Part shown: piece after piece, positions 11,901 to 24,075 of the stretch | How the letters are laid out: each line of letters begins with the position of its first letter | Position numbering within the stretch: the stretch's first letter is position 1 | Assembly (NCBI RefSeq): GCF_002571385.2 | Contig: NW_019217789.1 | Location: 740,010-804,009 of the forward strand | Direction: 5' to 3' | Source: Stylophora pistillata | Taxonomy: Eukaryota | Length of the DNA: 64,000 nucleotides | Made by a program: the position numbers and the translations under genes | The notes under the pieces: generated by a model | What the model was told of the DNA's origin: nothing | The model's input: the letters and a program-made list of their open reading frames with translations, nothing else | Database searches by the model: none

Positions 11901-14900
11901 AACTTATCAACTGATAAAACTTTAAAGGTACAAAACTTTTTTACTCTCAAGGTGCAAGGGATAATTTTATTCTACCACTATTTGGAATTCCTTATGAAGA
12001 AACTACATTACGGATTTGGAAGTAAATTAGTTTTCTCTTTAGATCTCACTTTGCTGCCTTTGTTAAATGTGTCATCTTACATAATGTGTTTTACTGAGAC
12101 AAGTGAAGTTTAAAACCATTCTTTTGTTCCAACAGGATATCGATTGAAGACCTCATTTGTATTTAGACAGTCGAAGGTTACTTGCACGACAATTTTGTAT
12201 GTGACAGCTTATGGGCTTAAACTTTGCAACATAAAGTAAAAGTCTTTTGTGGGCAGATAGCAGTCAAAATCTTTTCTCTTTTTTATAATCTTGGCAACTT
12301 TTGCTCCTAGATCGAGAAACACCCACTGACGGAGAAAGCATGTGTTGAAAAACCAATTCCCGACGAGGCTCGAGAATTATCTTTAAAAGCGAACATTATT
12401 GTGATCTCGCCAAAAGCCGGCTAAGCGACATTGGTAAGTTCTGAACTATTCAGTTTCATTTGTTTTTTTTTTCTACAATTTGAACGAGTGCTTTGCTTTT
12501 CGACTTACTAAAATCGGGGAAAAACACGCAGGAAAAAAACCACAGCTGGAAAATAACATGTTCTTAAAAAGATTGATCGACGAAACGGATTTTCATTAGT
12601 AAACTAGTTACTGGGTTATTTTTAGTATAGGCACGGAAAGCTGTTTGTGTATCTTTCTTTAAAGTTTAGAGGCGCTTAAGTTTTTTGCAGACCTTTGTCC
12701 ATGAGTAAATTGGTACCATGATCATTTGGAACTTCGAAAGATGGGATGAATATAGAAATGATTGCATGTGCGGTTGTTGCTTTCCCAACTAAATGAGGTG
12801 TGTTACATGTACGAGTGCAAGTAACCTCACTATTTTTCGTAACGTTTCCTGAGCTAAAGAAGAACTAGTTTTTGAGCCTAGATCGTAACATCAACATAAT
12901 TCATGCATCAGAACTCTTAAAAAATGGTAATGAATCGAAATGGCACACCCTGACGTTTCTGAGAACCAAGTGCGGTATTTTGACAAAGATATCAACTATG
13001 CGATGTATCTCTACCGATCTGAAGTTATCGCTTGATTTCTGTTCATACGTTCTGATTATTCCCATAGACAGAAAACCTAAGGCACTAAAATATATGGTTT
13101 CATGGTTAAATTGAAGTTCGTCGCCTACTTCAAAATTGGAATCAAAGTAACTGGGCTTAAACAATACAAGGTTTCAGAAGGTAAAAAAAGTTCTACCGAA
13201 GAAAGCAATATACCTGTCCAAAAAAGTATATAAAGAGTGGTTTGTCTTGACTTTAAGTAGAGCGCTCCCGCACTTAACTTTATTGTAATATGCTCTAATC
13301 GAAAATTCGCCATTTTGGCAGAAATAGCTCACAAGTCGATGATTATCGGGACTTAAAATCATTTCTACATTTGATGTTATCAATGCACCAATTGAACTTC
13401 CAATAATGAACCCAGGAGTCAGCCTCCTTGGTAAATATCAGGCTGTCTTAAAGAGGAGAAGTTCGAACGGTAGATATAGCCAAGAATCGAAAAGATAAAA
13501 ATTTACAACACATATCCAAGACTATGCTTTAAACTTCATTTGGGTATGTTGGTAAGGGTTTTAGGTACAAGGAAAAGTTCAGCTTATCCGTCAACACTTG
13601 CTATAAATAATGTGTTGCCGACTTTTAAATTCGATTACCTTCCTTAACGCATTGCCACCTGGAAGACATTCCTAAATACTAACAAAACCTTTTCCCATGC
13701 CTTTGCCAAACCGTGATCATGGTTTTCGGAACGACTAAACAGCTCTTACGAATAAAGGAAAAACTGTTGATGGGTCGCCTAGTTTAGATTCTAGAAACCA
13801 AAAAGGTTGTCATTGCCAGAGGGTAATGTTTTTTGGATGAGTATGAACTATAAGCTGATTTTTTTCGGGGGGGAAGGGGCAAAGTTGGTATTGCCAACGG
13901 AGAAAAGGTGTGGAACAGACAATGCTATTGTAATTATTATAAACAGACCTTTAACAATATATTCAAATGTTACCAAGATGTAATAACTACATCAAACTGA
14001 TAAAATTCCAGACAATTAGGAGTGTGAAGGATGCTACGGACTGGTCTTTTCGAGGTTTGACGCCGACGCCCCGGATTAAGATTCTAGGATCATTTTTCAC
14101 AAATGATCACAATATTTTCGACAAAAAGTCTCTTTTTTTCCATAATTTTTAAATTTCAGGATCACAAAAATACAAACGAGAACATGTAAATACATAAAGA
14201 GATGGTTACTGTTGGCACTTCTAACTTAAACCAAAAAGCCAAACTATTTTAACCTCCTTAAGTCACCTCGCTAACAATATCTTTTCCTGATAAAGGTAGG
14301 ACATATGTCGTAAACGTCATCTTATTTGGCATTCTTAATTGCAAGATAATTTTGAAAATGTAGTTTTTAGTGGGAAGATAAGGTCATCCAGTTTTGTTTG
14401 AGATGATTTCCTTCAGACATTCAGCCGCTTTCCAAAAAGCAAGTGCCACTTTCTTTTTTTCCGGTTGGTTCTTTGCTGTGATGGTTACTCCTTTCAATCT
14501 TGACTTAGTTTTGACGAAAGGGAGATGAGGTGAAAAAATGTTCGATCATACGGCTGTAGCTCACATGGCAATCTGTCACGTCCGCATCATTTTCTACGAG
14601 ACGTGAACAAAGCAATTGCATCAGAGAATGCCACCAATAACATAAACGTGTCAAAGTATGTACCATCCACTTAAATCGTTCTTTTATCTCGTCTTCTTAT
14701 GGCTGAGCGCGACGGTGAGTTGACATCGACTCATGCGCAAATGAAAGAGACTTCTAGTTAATTAAAAGATAATCTCATAAGACAGACTACTTGGCGCTAA
14801 GAAATGTTGTCACAGTCGGACAAATTGAGTACATTTCATATTCTAACAGGGTCAAAATGTATTTGTATGCAAATCAAGGAGGATTTTCTTTTTAAAAGGT

Positions 14901-17900
14901 TCATCCTAAGAATTTTCTGGAGACACGCTGAGCCATGCCGTGTGAAATAAAGGTATCTGAGTAATCAGGTTTAGCTGAATATAAAGACACATACCTAACC
15001 TAGTCTTGGACCTCAGAGTACCCGGGGAAGGCGAAGGGAAACCTACAGAATAGAAACTAAGAAAGTTTTGTTCTTGTGACACACTTGCCGACACTGTAAG
15101 AGATATTTCTAATAACCTCGCTAGTTTATTCTGTTAATCAGAAACATAGAGCAACATACAAAAAATAGGCAGGATACTTAGTTTCTTCTGTCTCTTCCTT
15201 CTTTATCCTGCTTATTTCGTAGGTCAGAGGCGCGGAAAAGGAATGGCTCAAGTACTTCTTCTATTCCGAGTTGATGAAGACAAGTTACAGTATTTAAAAA
15301 ATGCGAGTCAAACAGTCCCAATGATAGGCCCTATTTTGGAGGAGATACGAAGAAAGCGATTACAAACTATTTATAATTTGACTATTAAAAGAGGTAAAGT
15401 TTTCGTATCCAAAAGAGGATCGATCACTGGTCTCTGCATATTACACAGAGCTTCAGGTAGCATATTCTAGAGGCCTATTCTAAGCACCGGACTGAAAATT
15501 TAATTAGAAAACTTCATTCTTTACGAAATGCCTCGCGCTTTCACAAATGGGAAGGCAGTGCTAATTGTGTGAGCATTGTATTCTTGGGACTTCTGACTTC
15601 CTCGTCTACAAAACAAATTTCATGTCAATAAGGGACACTCTACAATGCAGATTTTTTTTTCAAACTGGAGTTTTATACTCAGCGTTCTTTCGAGACTTCC
15701 AGTGCGTTTTATTTACCGTTGTTTTATAGACTTTCGTTTCGTGTATGTGACATAAATAACAATCAAGCAGGTAACATCATAATTTTACACCTTCGATGGA
15801 ATTAACTGTTATCTCCTTTCTCAACCGCGAAGCCAATAACACTCTGAGAAGATGGACTTTTCATCAGCATGTGAGTAGAATTCATACACTTTTAGATCAA
15901 CATAAAACATGAGTTCTTTTCTGTAACTTTAATTGTCACAAACCTTACAGCAGATGAAACAAACGGCAAAAGGAAAAAGAAAACCTAGAAATACAAAAGA
16001 TATGTAAGTGAAGTTCGTGGCGGTTTCTAGCTCGAAAAAATTTCAGAGGATCATTCTAAGTAATTTTAACGAGCTCTTAGACATCTTTCAAAGAAAAAGC
16101 GACATCTTTCCGTGGGCATTCGTAGCAGTAGACACTATAAACCAAAATATTTGATAACATCCAAGATAAAACCGTTGCAATATGAAGTTGTCTTATCCGC
16201 GGTAAGACAAATATTTCTTTGTGGTCAAAACAGTCCTGAAGAAAATTGTCGTTTTGAAAGAAAAACATGTTTATGTCGCCAACTATTCCGTGCGTCCATG
16301 ACGTACAAAGATTAGAAAACAGACAGTGTGTATGACACATTACTGTATCCTACTGTTCTTTACATCCTGCCCATGGAAAGTTCACACATCATCGCGGCAT
16401 CATTTTGTGTATTCTACAAAATGAAAAACTAATAGATCACTTATCTCAATACAAGCAAACATCTCCGATATAACCACGGAACAGGCTTTTCGCTCCGGCA
16501 AGTTTTTAGTTCCTACAAGGATTTTGAGCTGTTTAACAGAGAACTAAGGTAAAATCATTGAGCCTAGGAAATTTTAATTGCAACAAATTTCAGCAAAATA
16601 TCAAATGATTTTGATGATGCCTTTTTGATTCTTTGAATACAATTTGGTTTTCTTTACTTTATGATCTAATTTTGAGAACTTCTTCATTGGAAAGCAGTTA
16701 AAAAATACAGAAAAGACGGAGACGTATTGACGCAAAAGAATTAAGTTATGCCTGCACGGTTTCTCCAACTCAAACTAATGATAGCAGTGCAGATGACTTG
16801 ACAATCACCAAGAGCAATTATCCGAAGAGTTCTCAATTCCTACGTAAGGACGGTGAATATTTGATGAAAGCGACGACTATAATTCTCTGAAAAAGAAACT
16901 TTCATTCATACAGGTGAGAGGAATTTTTCTTCTGATTTTTAAGTATAAATTGCAAAATTCTCTATATGGTGCAGTGATCTAATGTTTTGACTCAGTACTA
17001 CTCATTACCAGGTAAAGTGTTTCGCTTCATGAAGCAATCAAAAAAATATTTTTACACCATTCTAAATAACAAAAAACTGAGAAACATTAATGGTTCATAC
17101 GGATGGGGAGGGAAACTGTTCCATAGCGGGTTGTCGCGATCTTACAAATTTAGGAACCAAGAAACCATGAGACTCACCAAGGAATAATCGATATTTTCTG
17201 CAGAATATTCATAAAATGAACCATAGGAAAGAGTTAAAGCAATACATCTCAAGCTATTTTGAGTGTAAGATTTCTTATTTTCTGTCGGCCTCAAGGGTGT
17301 TTTTTTTTTCCTTTAGTGATTTCCTATAAATCTCAGGGAAGGTTAATTCCGATTATAAAATTCAGCCGGGAAGAACTTAACGTATAGTAATCTATTTAGC
17401 TTTTGAGGAGGTATTGGCAAATTTTATATAAAACAAGTAAACAATGAAATTTGAATTTGTGACCGCCTCGTCTCAGCTGGGAAAAAATATTTTTTCATTT
17501 CTCACTAACTAATTAATGAATTTATCGTTTTTATTCCAAGAGAGCTTAGGATTCTGCTGGTTTTACATAAGTCACATAGGCGATCAAGAGATTGTGTTTG
17601 TTTTTATTTTCTAACCAAATAAACTACGGGAGGAAAAGTGAAATTAGAAACATGAGTTTTGCAAAATGGCACTTGTATACTTTAGTATGAAGCCGTGCAT
17701 ATTTGCAGATCGACAGATTCGTAAACGTCAGCGTTCTTTTGAATTTCATATTCATATATTTGGTTAAGTTTTTCGAAGGTGGCTTTTGATGGAAATCCCG
17801 AAGTGTCATCACAAAGACACACTTGTCAACAAAGTTTCCGTTGGTCATCAAACATGGTTTTCATTATCACGCAAAAAAAACCCAACTTCGTCAGACGAGT

Positions 17901-18737
17901 CAGATTTGAAAGCGACCGACTTGTCTCTCGGCAATTGTGGTAAAGAGCCATTTTCTTCTGGAACTATCCCTTTGAATATGTGTGAAAATAATGTTTCGAA
18001 CTTTTGCACGAAACTCTGCAAAATGTAAGTTTATTTGCAGTTTGAAGACGTTAAACACATTCGCTGTTTTAAGAGAGAGAAAGTTCGTTCATTTTATAAT
18101 TCAAAATATACCTGCGTCCTTGCACTATTTTTTTAATACATATCTCAAAATTTGGTATTTCTCCACCGGGACTCGTCACCATCCTTCCTGTTGTAAAACG
18201 TTTTCGTATCAAAGTAGATTTCTTTTTTTCACATAAATAATCAATTTTGTCTCGGCTGGGATGAAACTTGATGAACCTCGACACATCGTGTTAAAGTCTC
18301 TAAAACTGTATATGAACATTGACAGTGCTCAGGTCTCAGCTGCATAACGAAAATGAAATTTACCCTGTGAAAAGAAAGCCGCTGAATTCGTCCCTCTAAC
18401 AGGACTCATGTAAACACCCTTCACGGGAAAACTCTTATAAGTATTGTTTCTCTCTTTTTCGTTCCAATCTACACTAGCGCATTGTACTATCTATTGGAGG
18501 GAAGAATGGGCAGTACGTTTATGAAATTTACTTTTCTTGGTCCGGCGACAGGCCGCCAAGGTGGGATAAGTGAGTTTAAAAACACTACAGGTCTCCACTA
18601 TCTGCACCTGGAGTCTGAAAGCGTACTACTATTTGTCATAGTAAAACTGCATATCATGACTCCAATTTTATCTTTGAAAGCTTGAACTTAGAATAGGTGT
18701 TCCCATTGAGTGGGGAGAATAATATACGATGAGCTAT

Positions 18738-18900
18738 TGGGGGCGTAGCCAGCTTTCCGACTTCCTCTAGGCCTGTTTCCTAACCAAATTCAATGTTCCC
18801 TATCTCGCAAAATTTTTCCAAGAATCGTGTCATAAAATTCAAGTGGGTAGAAAAACTCTTAGGCCCGGGCCAAGGGCCATGTCAGCTGGCTATGCCCCTA
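18738..18900. mobile_element. 163-bp MITE
   Basis: TIRs TGGGGGCGTAGCCAGC / GCTGGCTATGCCCCTA, flanked by GCTAT on both sides (18733-18737, 18901-18905). Confidence 0.8.
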
Positions 18901-19929
18901 GCTATATTTGATAATATGATTGAAAACTAAATTAGATAATTTTGGTTTCCAGCTTTTCCATCAATCGTAGTTCTGGTTACAATTTTCCGCTGGCTTCAAT
19001 GAGAGGGCTTTTAATTGGATCGTTCAAAGAAAAATACAAAGAGGTACAGTTTTAACCCTTTTGTGATTGACGAGCAGAACAAAGGCAAGTGAATCTTGAA
19101 GATGTCTATTCAAAAGTCGAACATCACTGACCCTCTGTTTGTTGGAAAAGCTACACAATTCTAACCTCCATCTTTCAAATACTACACGGAAATTTATTTC
19201 GAGCTTGTGATCCTTATCAAAATTATTTTGTTATTATTGCATTGCCGGCTTAGGGTAACTTTTTTTTTTCTAGTCAAAAGACAACAAAAACAATTTTATA
19301 TTGCTTTGACGGCTCACTAACTAATTGATATAAAGCACTGGTTTCCTTCTGGATGACAATTATTTTACGTGCAGCCATGACGATGAGTCGGACAGATGAA
19401 TTTTTCTGCGGAATTTCATTAACCGTGATAAAAAAAAATTAAATAAAAATATGATCCTCGTAGGCGAGCTGCAATTAAATAAATCTAAGAAAAGAGACCT
19501 GATTAAACATTTCATCGAAAATAAAAACCTGCAACATTGATAATAAAACTGAGTTCCTTAATTAGCAAAATGCAAACGTTGTGTTCCATTTAACTTACAA
19601 TATACTATAAAGGATTGCTTCAATCTGAAATATATCTAGATACAGTAAGTTCTTAATTATAATTTTAATGCAATCTTTTGAGAGTTGCAATGTTGGGCTA
19701 TTTATCTGAAGTAATACCTGAAGTAATGCCTGAAGTAATTCACTCGGGATAACCAAATGCTTGTATTTCCGGGGATATCATTTCCGCTGAGTAAACTTTA
19801 AATCAACAATCCCAAATCAGCGACCATTTTTTTCGTTGATGCACATCTGGTCAATACCGGAAACAAAAAGTGTTTTCGCATTTAAGTAGCCAAATATAAA
19901 TGTGCCCTTATAAGTCAAGAAAGAAGCCC

Positions 19930-20200
19930 ATGAACTATGCGATACCGGTACAGTGCTCTGCCAACTGAGCCCATCTGGAACTGGTCATTATGTTGGTTCG
20001 TAATAAACCCGTGAAGTGAATATTAAGTGAGTATTAAGTAGTGTTTATCACTGCGAGGATCGCTTTCATATTCATTTCTTAAACCGCAGTTCACATATAT
20101 AATTTTCATACATTCATAGTCATTGATTTCTCACTTGACGGGCTTATTACGAACCAACATAATGACCAGCTCCCATCACTGCGAGAATTGCTTTCACATT
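19930..20200. mobile_element. Older decayed copy of a tRNA-like inverted/permuted repeat
   Basis: TGCGATACCGGTACAGTGCTCTGCCAACTGAGC...GGTTCGTAATAAACCCGT followed by inverted ACGGGCTTATTACGAACC...; related to 55917-56509. Confidence 0.75.
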
Positions 20201-23200
20201 CAAAATGTTGTTTTCAAATTTTAATAATTAAAATTGGAAGTAGAAACCCTCGACGTTCGAACTAAAAAGCTTTTGAGGTAAGGTGTTAAGCAAACTATTA
20301 CGCACAACATGTAGGTTGTGATTCCAATTAATAGACAAAATTTAGTCCGAAAGAAGAGTAACAACAAAATATGCAAAGTGAGAAGCGGACGCACAAATTC
20401 TGAATCGAAAGCGTAAATTATAGAACTCTTGAACGGTGGTTGAAATGGTGAGTCAGAGTTTATAGCAGTTCCCCTTTATGTACAGCAAGACCAATGGATA
20501 CAGCCTACCGCATTAAGATTTCCAAGTATGACTAGAAAATTTTTGAGTTTGTTCAAATTAAAACTGCAGTAATTTAAAATCTTTAGCAGCTCTCGACAGT
20601 TACATACTTTGACAGAATTTACTAAGTTTTAAACTATTTTTATTGTTGGGTTGAGGTTATATAGTCCATTTGTTGGCTTCCTTCTATTACCTTAAGCTGA
20701 CTAGCCTAAAATTTGCCACGGACTCCCTAGTTATTCGACGATTGCTGGCAGCAATCAATCAAATTTTCCAATTCCTGATAATCATTGCAGGAACCCGATT
20801 TCTTACGCAAAATGAGGCCTTGAATGAGGTGTAATTTCACCCGATATTGGAACAGCATTGTTTTGAAAAAACACTGACTTCGCCAAAGTTTCTCGATGGT
20901 TTGAGTCACATCAGAACACGCCAGCAGTCTTTCAATTATGCAAATTGATCCATTTTGAGTTTTTTCTTTCATGATCATGTCAGCCATTGGCCTCAAATTG
21001 CCAGGGATCATTAGCAGATACCATAGTGATGGTTTTGGTATCTGCTAGCCCTTTGTTAATCATTACAAATTTTCGAGCTCATTTACGAGTCAATAGTGTT
21101 TTTCCTTTCAATTATCTTTCAATGCGGGGTGTTTATGTATGGAAAGACATATTTTTTTCTCCTCCAAGGATATATTTGGTACCTTCAGTTTTTAATCTTC
21201 AAGTTCATCTGAAGATTTTCCTCATTTTGCACGCGTAATTGTTCAATAGATGTTTGTCATGTAAATGTTTGTTTCCAAGAATCATAATTTTAAGTGAAGA
21301 GAGACTGCCGATTTTAGTGACTAAACCTTTGATATTCTTCTCATCAGAGTGGCTGAATGCAGTAAAGACTAATTAACAAGTGTTATAAAGAATTCAGAAT
21401 TAATATATTACCAAGATTTGCCTTTGAATTAAAAAGGTTTTTTTTTCTCCTGTATTCCTTCATCTTTTCGTCTCATTTTCTCGACAGTTTTGTTATCGAA
21501 CAAAAATTAAGAAAAATTCAGGTTGTAATAAGTAATTGTTTCTGTTCAAAATGCAAATTTGCTGTTATTAACACTTGCTGAATAAAGACTGCCGTCCATA
21601 ACAGTCTCAATCATGAAATATGTTAGCAGATTATTTTTGGTACTTTTTAACTTTCTGTCGTTCTTTCGTGATAGCATTTTTTTTATGTTCCTGTGGAACT
21701 TCTCTGTAAAATTTAAAAATCCCGGAGCTTCAAAAAACTTTATCAACCTAAATCCATCTTGAATAGCCTTTGCATCACCTATCAAAGCTTTAGACAAAGT
21801 GCTCGAGAACTAATCCCGCCATATCACTCGTTGTTTGATTCCGACAGCAATTCTAAATGGACAAAAAAAGGATCATTTTAAATTCAACCAGATCTTAGAG
21901 ATTAAAAAATCCGTGGTAAATGCAACAAGAAGACTTAAAATAGCGCTATTTCATTTTCTTGACGGCTGCTATATCAGCGTTTTTCTCAACACTTATGTGT
22001 CTAATTTATCGAGAACTCCAAGTGAAGCGGAGTGATTGAAACTGAAATAGTGTAGCGAAACTGAGGCGTCTTTTCCGAAGGAACTTTTCTTTGTCATGTT
22101 AGATTAACTGACCCAACAGCATAGATTACAGCCATTTGCTGGTTACTCACGAACATTTGACACGTGCCCCTCTGTGAAGAAACAGAGAAGCCTCTGTTTT
22201 ATTACATTTGAATCGCAACGTTCAATGGACGACATCTTTTGTAACGTAAGTACCAGTTAGGTTAATGCTACATCAGAAGTGAGCGCATTTTTCTTTATAC
22301 TTGTTGTGTATGTCTTTGTGAGGTGAGTTCGTAATGATTTAACGTGTGTTTTCCACAAAGTGGTTTTCCTTGATATACATGACTTGTTTATCCGATGTTA
22401 TTCTTCTGCATAAGCGCTTGGGTACTTGAAAAATTTCTCGATACTTAAACATTTCTGGTCATATAGGGCAAACTGTCCTTGACTAATTCTTGTGAAATGG
22501 TTTGGAACACAAAAAATAACTGGCATGGCCTTACATTTAATGAAAATAAAGAGTTAATGAAAATTAGTGCAGAGTACCGAAGAGAAATATGCAGTTGTAC
22601 GTGTTTCCCAAGGCTGAATTTATTTTTATCGTGCGCCGCACTATTTAGCTACTATCAGAGATCAGGTTGATTTACAAACCCTCTTCCTTTTTAGTCCTGG
22701 CAGACGAAAAACAAAATTTGAACGACAAGAGTGAGTAGTGATTAACAGGATGCTTTGATTATCACTTTAAGACAATGACTACGAAATCAGGACGTTAGTC
22801 GCAAGAATATATCATATATTTAGTGTGTTCAAAAATTCTCAATAATGATGGTATAAAGTGCGAAATAAACAGCTTCATCATACAAAATATGGCACCATAG
22901 TCATAGACCTGATTCAGAAAATCCATTTCTCCATTTGTGCGTGAGTACCTCTCAAAAAGAAACAAATGAAAATCAAAATTTTTCTCCTATTTAGTTTTTT
23001 CGTGAAGTTCACTCAACGTCTGATAAAGACAGTCATAGTTCAAATCAAAGTACTTTCAAAATATCATATTTTTTAAATAGAATTGGATTCAAAATAAATC
23101 GAATTCCTTCGTAATAACACAGAAGAAAGGTTAAGTCTATACACATCCACTGTGTGCGACAAATCTCACAAAGTTCTTCTGCTGGGCAAATTAAATATGA

Positions 23201-23634
23201 CCTTCTAGGGATGAAAATACCGCGTTTATGTTAATTTAAAAGAGACCCAAAGAAAGTAACTCTCATTCGAATTTAGGCATACATCCTACGTCACCCTTTG
23301 AACATGATTTAGCATTTCCTGTAAATTTAAAATAAATGCGTATCATTGAAAGGGAAAGGTCTCTGAGAGTGGCAAAATATCTCACCAAGACGAAGACAAA
23401 AGAATTAGAAGCAATGACATGAGACATGGTCTAAGTAAATTTTAGCGAATCAAGGATTAGTATTTTGTTAGCCCCTAATGACTTGAAAAAGTAATCGCAG
23501 TTTGTGCATAATGAGGGTCACCTAAATTATCGTGTTTAATTTGAACGTTTGTATTTCAAATAAGGTTTGTCATGTGAGATGCCATATTTCAGACAACCCT
23601 CTCAAACCTCTTCTTATGGGTTCATCTTTCAGAA

Positions 23635-24075
23635 ATGAAGGCGAAAAGGAGATCAAGATTTTTCGTCTATCTTGTAATTCTGGTTCTCGACGTTTTTCCC
23701 CATCCGCATCTCGAAACAAACTCGGAACTACTTTGTTGTGAGAAATTAACCAACAAAAGTGATTTTCGCTGCTGGAATGAAACATTAGAGATGAAGACCA
23801 CAACGAATACGACAGCAACTGGTCAGTGTGTACTAGGAATGTCGAAGAAAACATGTTTTAATGCAACTTTGTTGGGGCCATGCTGGAAAATTCCAAAGGC
23901 GAGCATGCTAGCTCCAGGAAAAAGAGAAATAGATATAGGGGCATTTGTTCCTTTCCTAAAGGATGATAGATACGGTTACTACAATGCTATGAAAATGGCC
24001 ATCGATATCATTAACAACAGGACTGATGTATTGCCAAACTATACACTGGTGTTGGACGTGCAGGATACTGCTTCG
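23635..24075 (+). CDS. GABA-B-like copy 1 exon 1
   Basis: ATG, hydrophobic signal-like stretch, Cys-rich segment, IGAFVP...AIDIINNRTDVLPNYTLVL, then GTGAGT donor. Confidence 0.85.

Noticed and set aside
12872-13383. Cluster of short ORFs on both strands
   Set aside because: No recognisable motif and no consistent frame or exon structure.
15243-15470. Small ORF shared by both copies (also 42662-42967)
   Set aside because: Similarity equals that of surrounding non-coding duplicated DNA; no recognisable domain or splice pattern.
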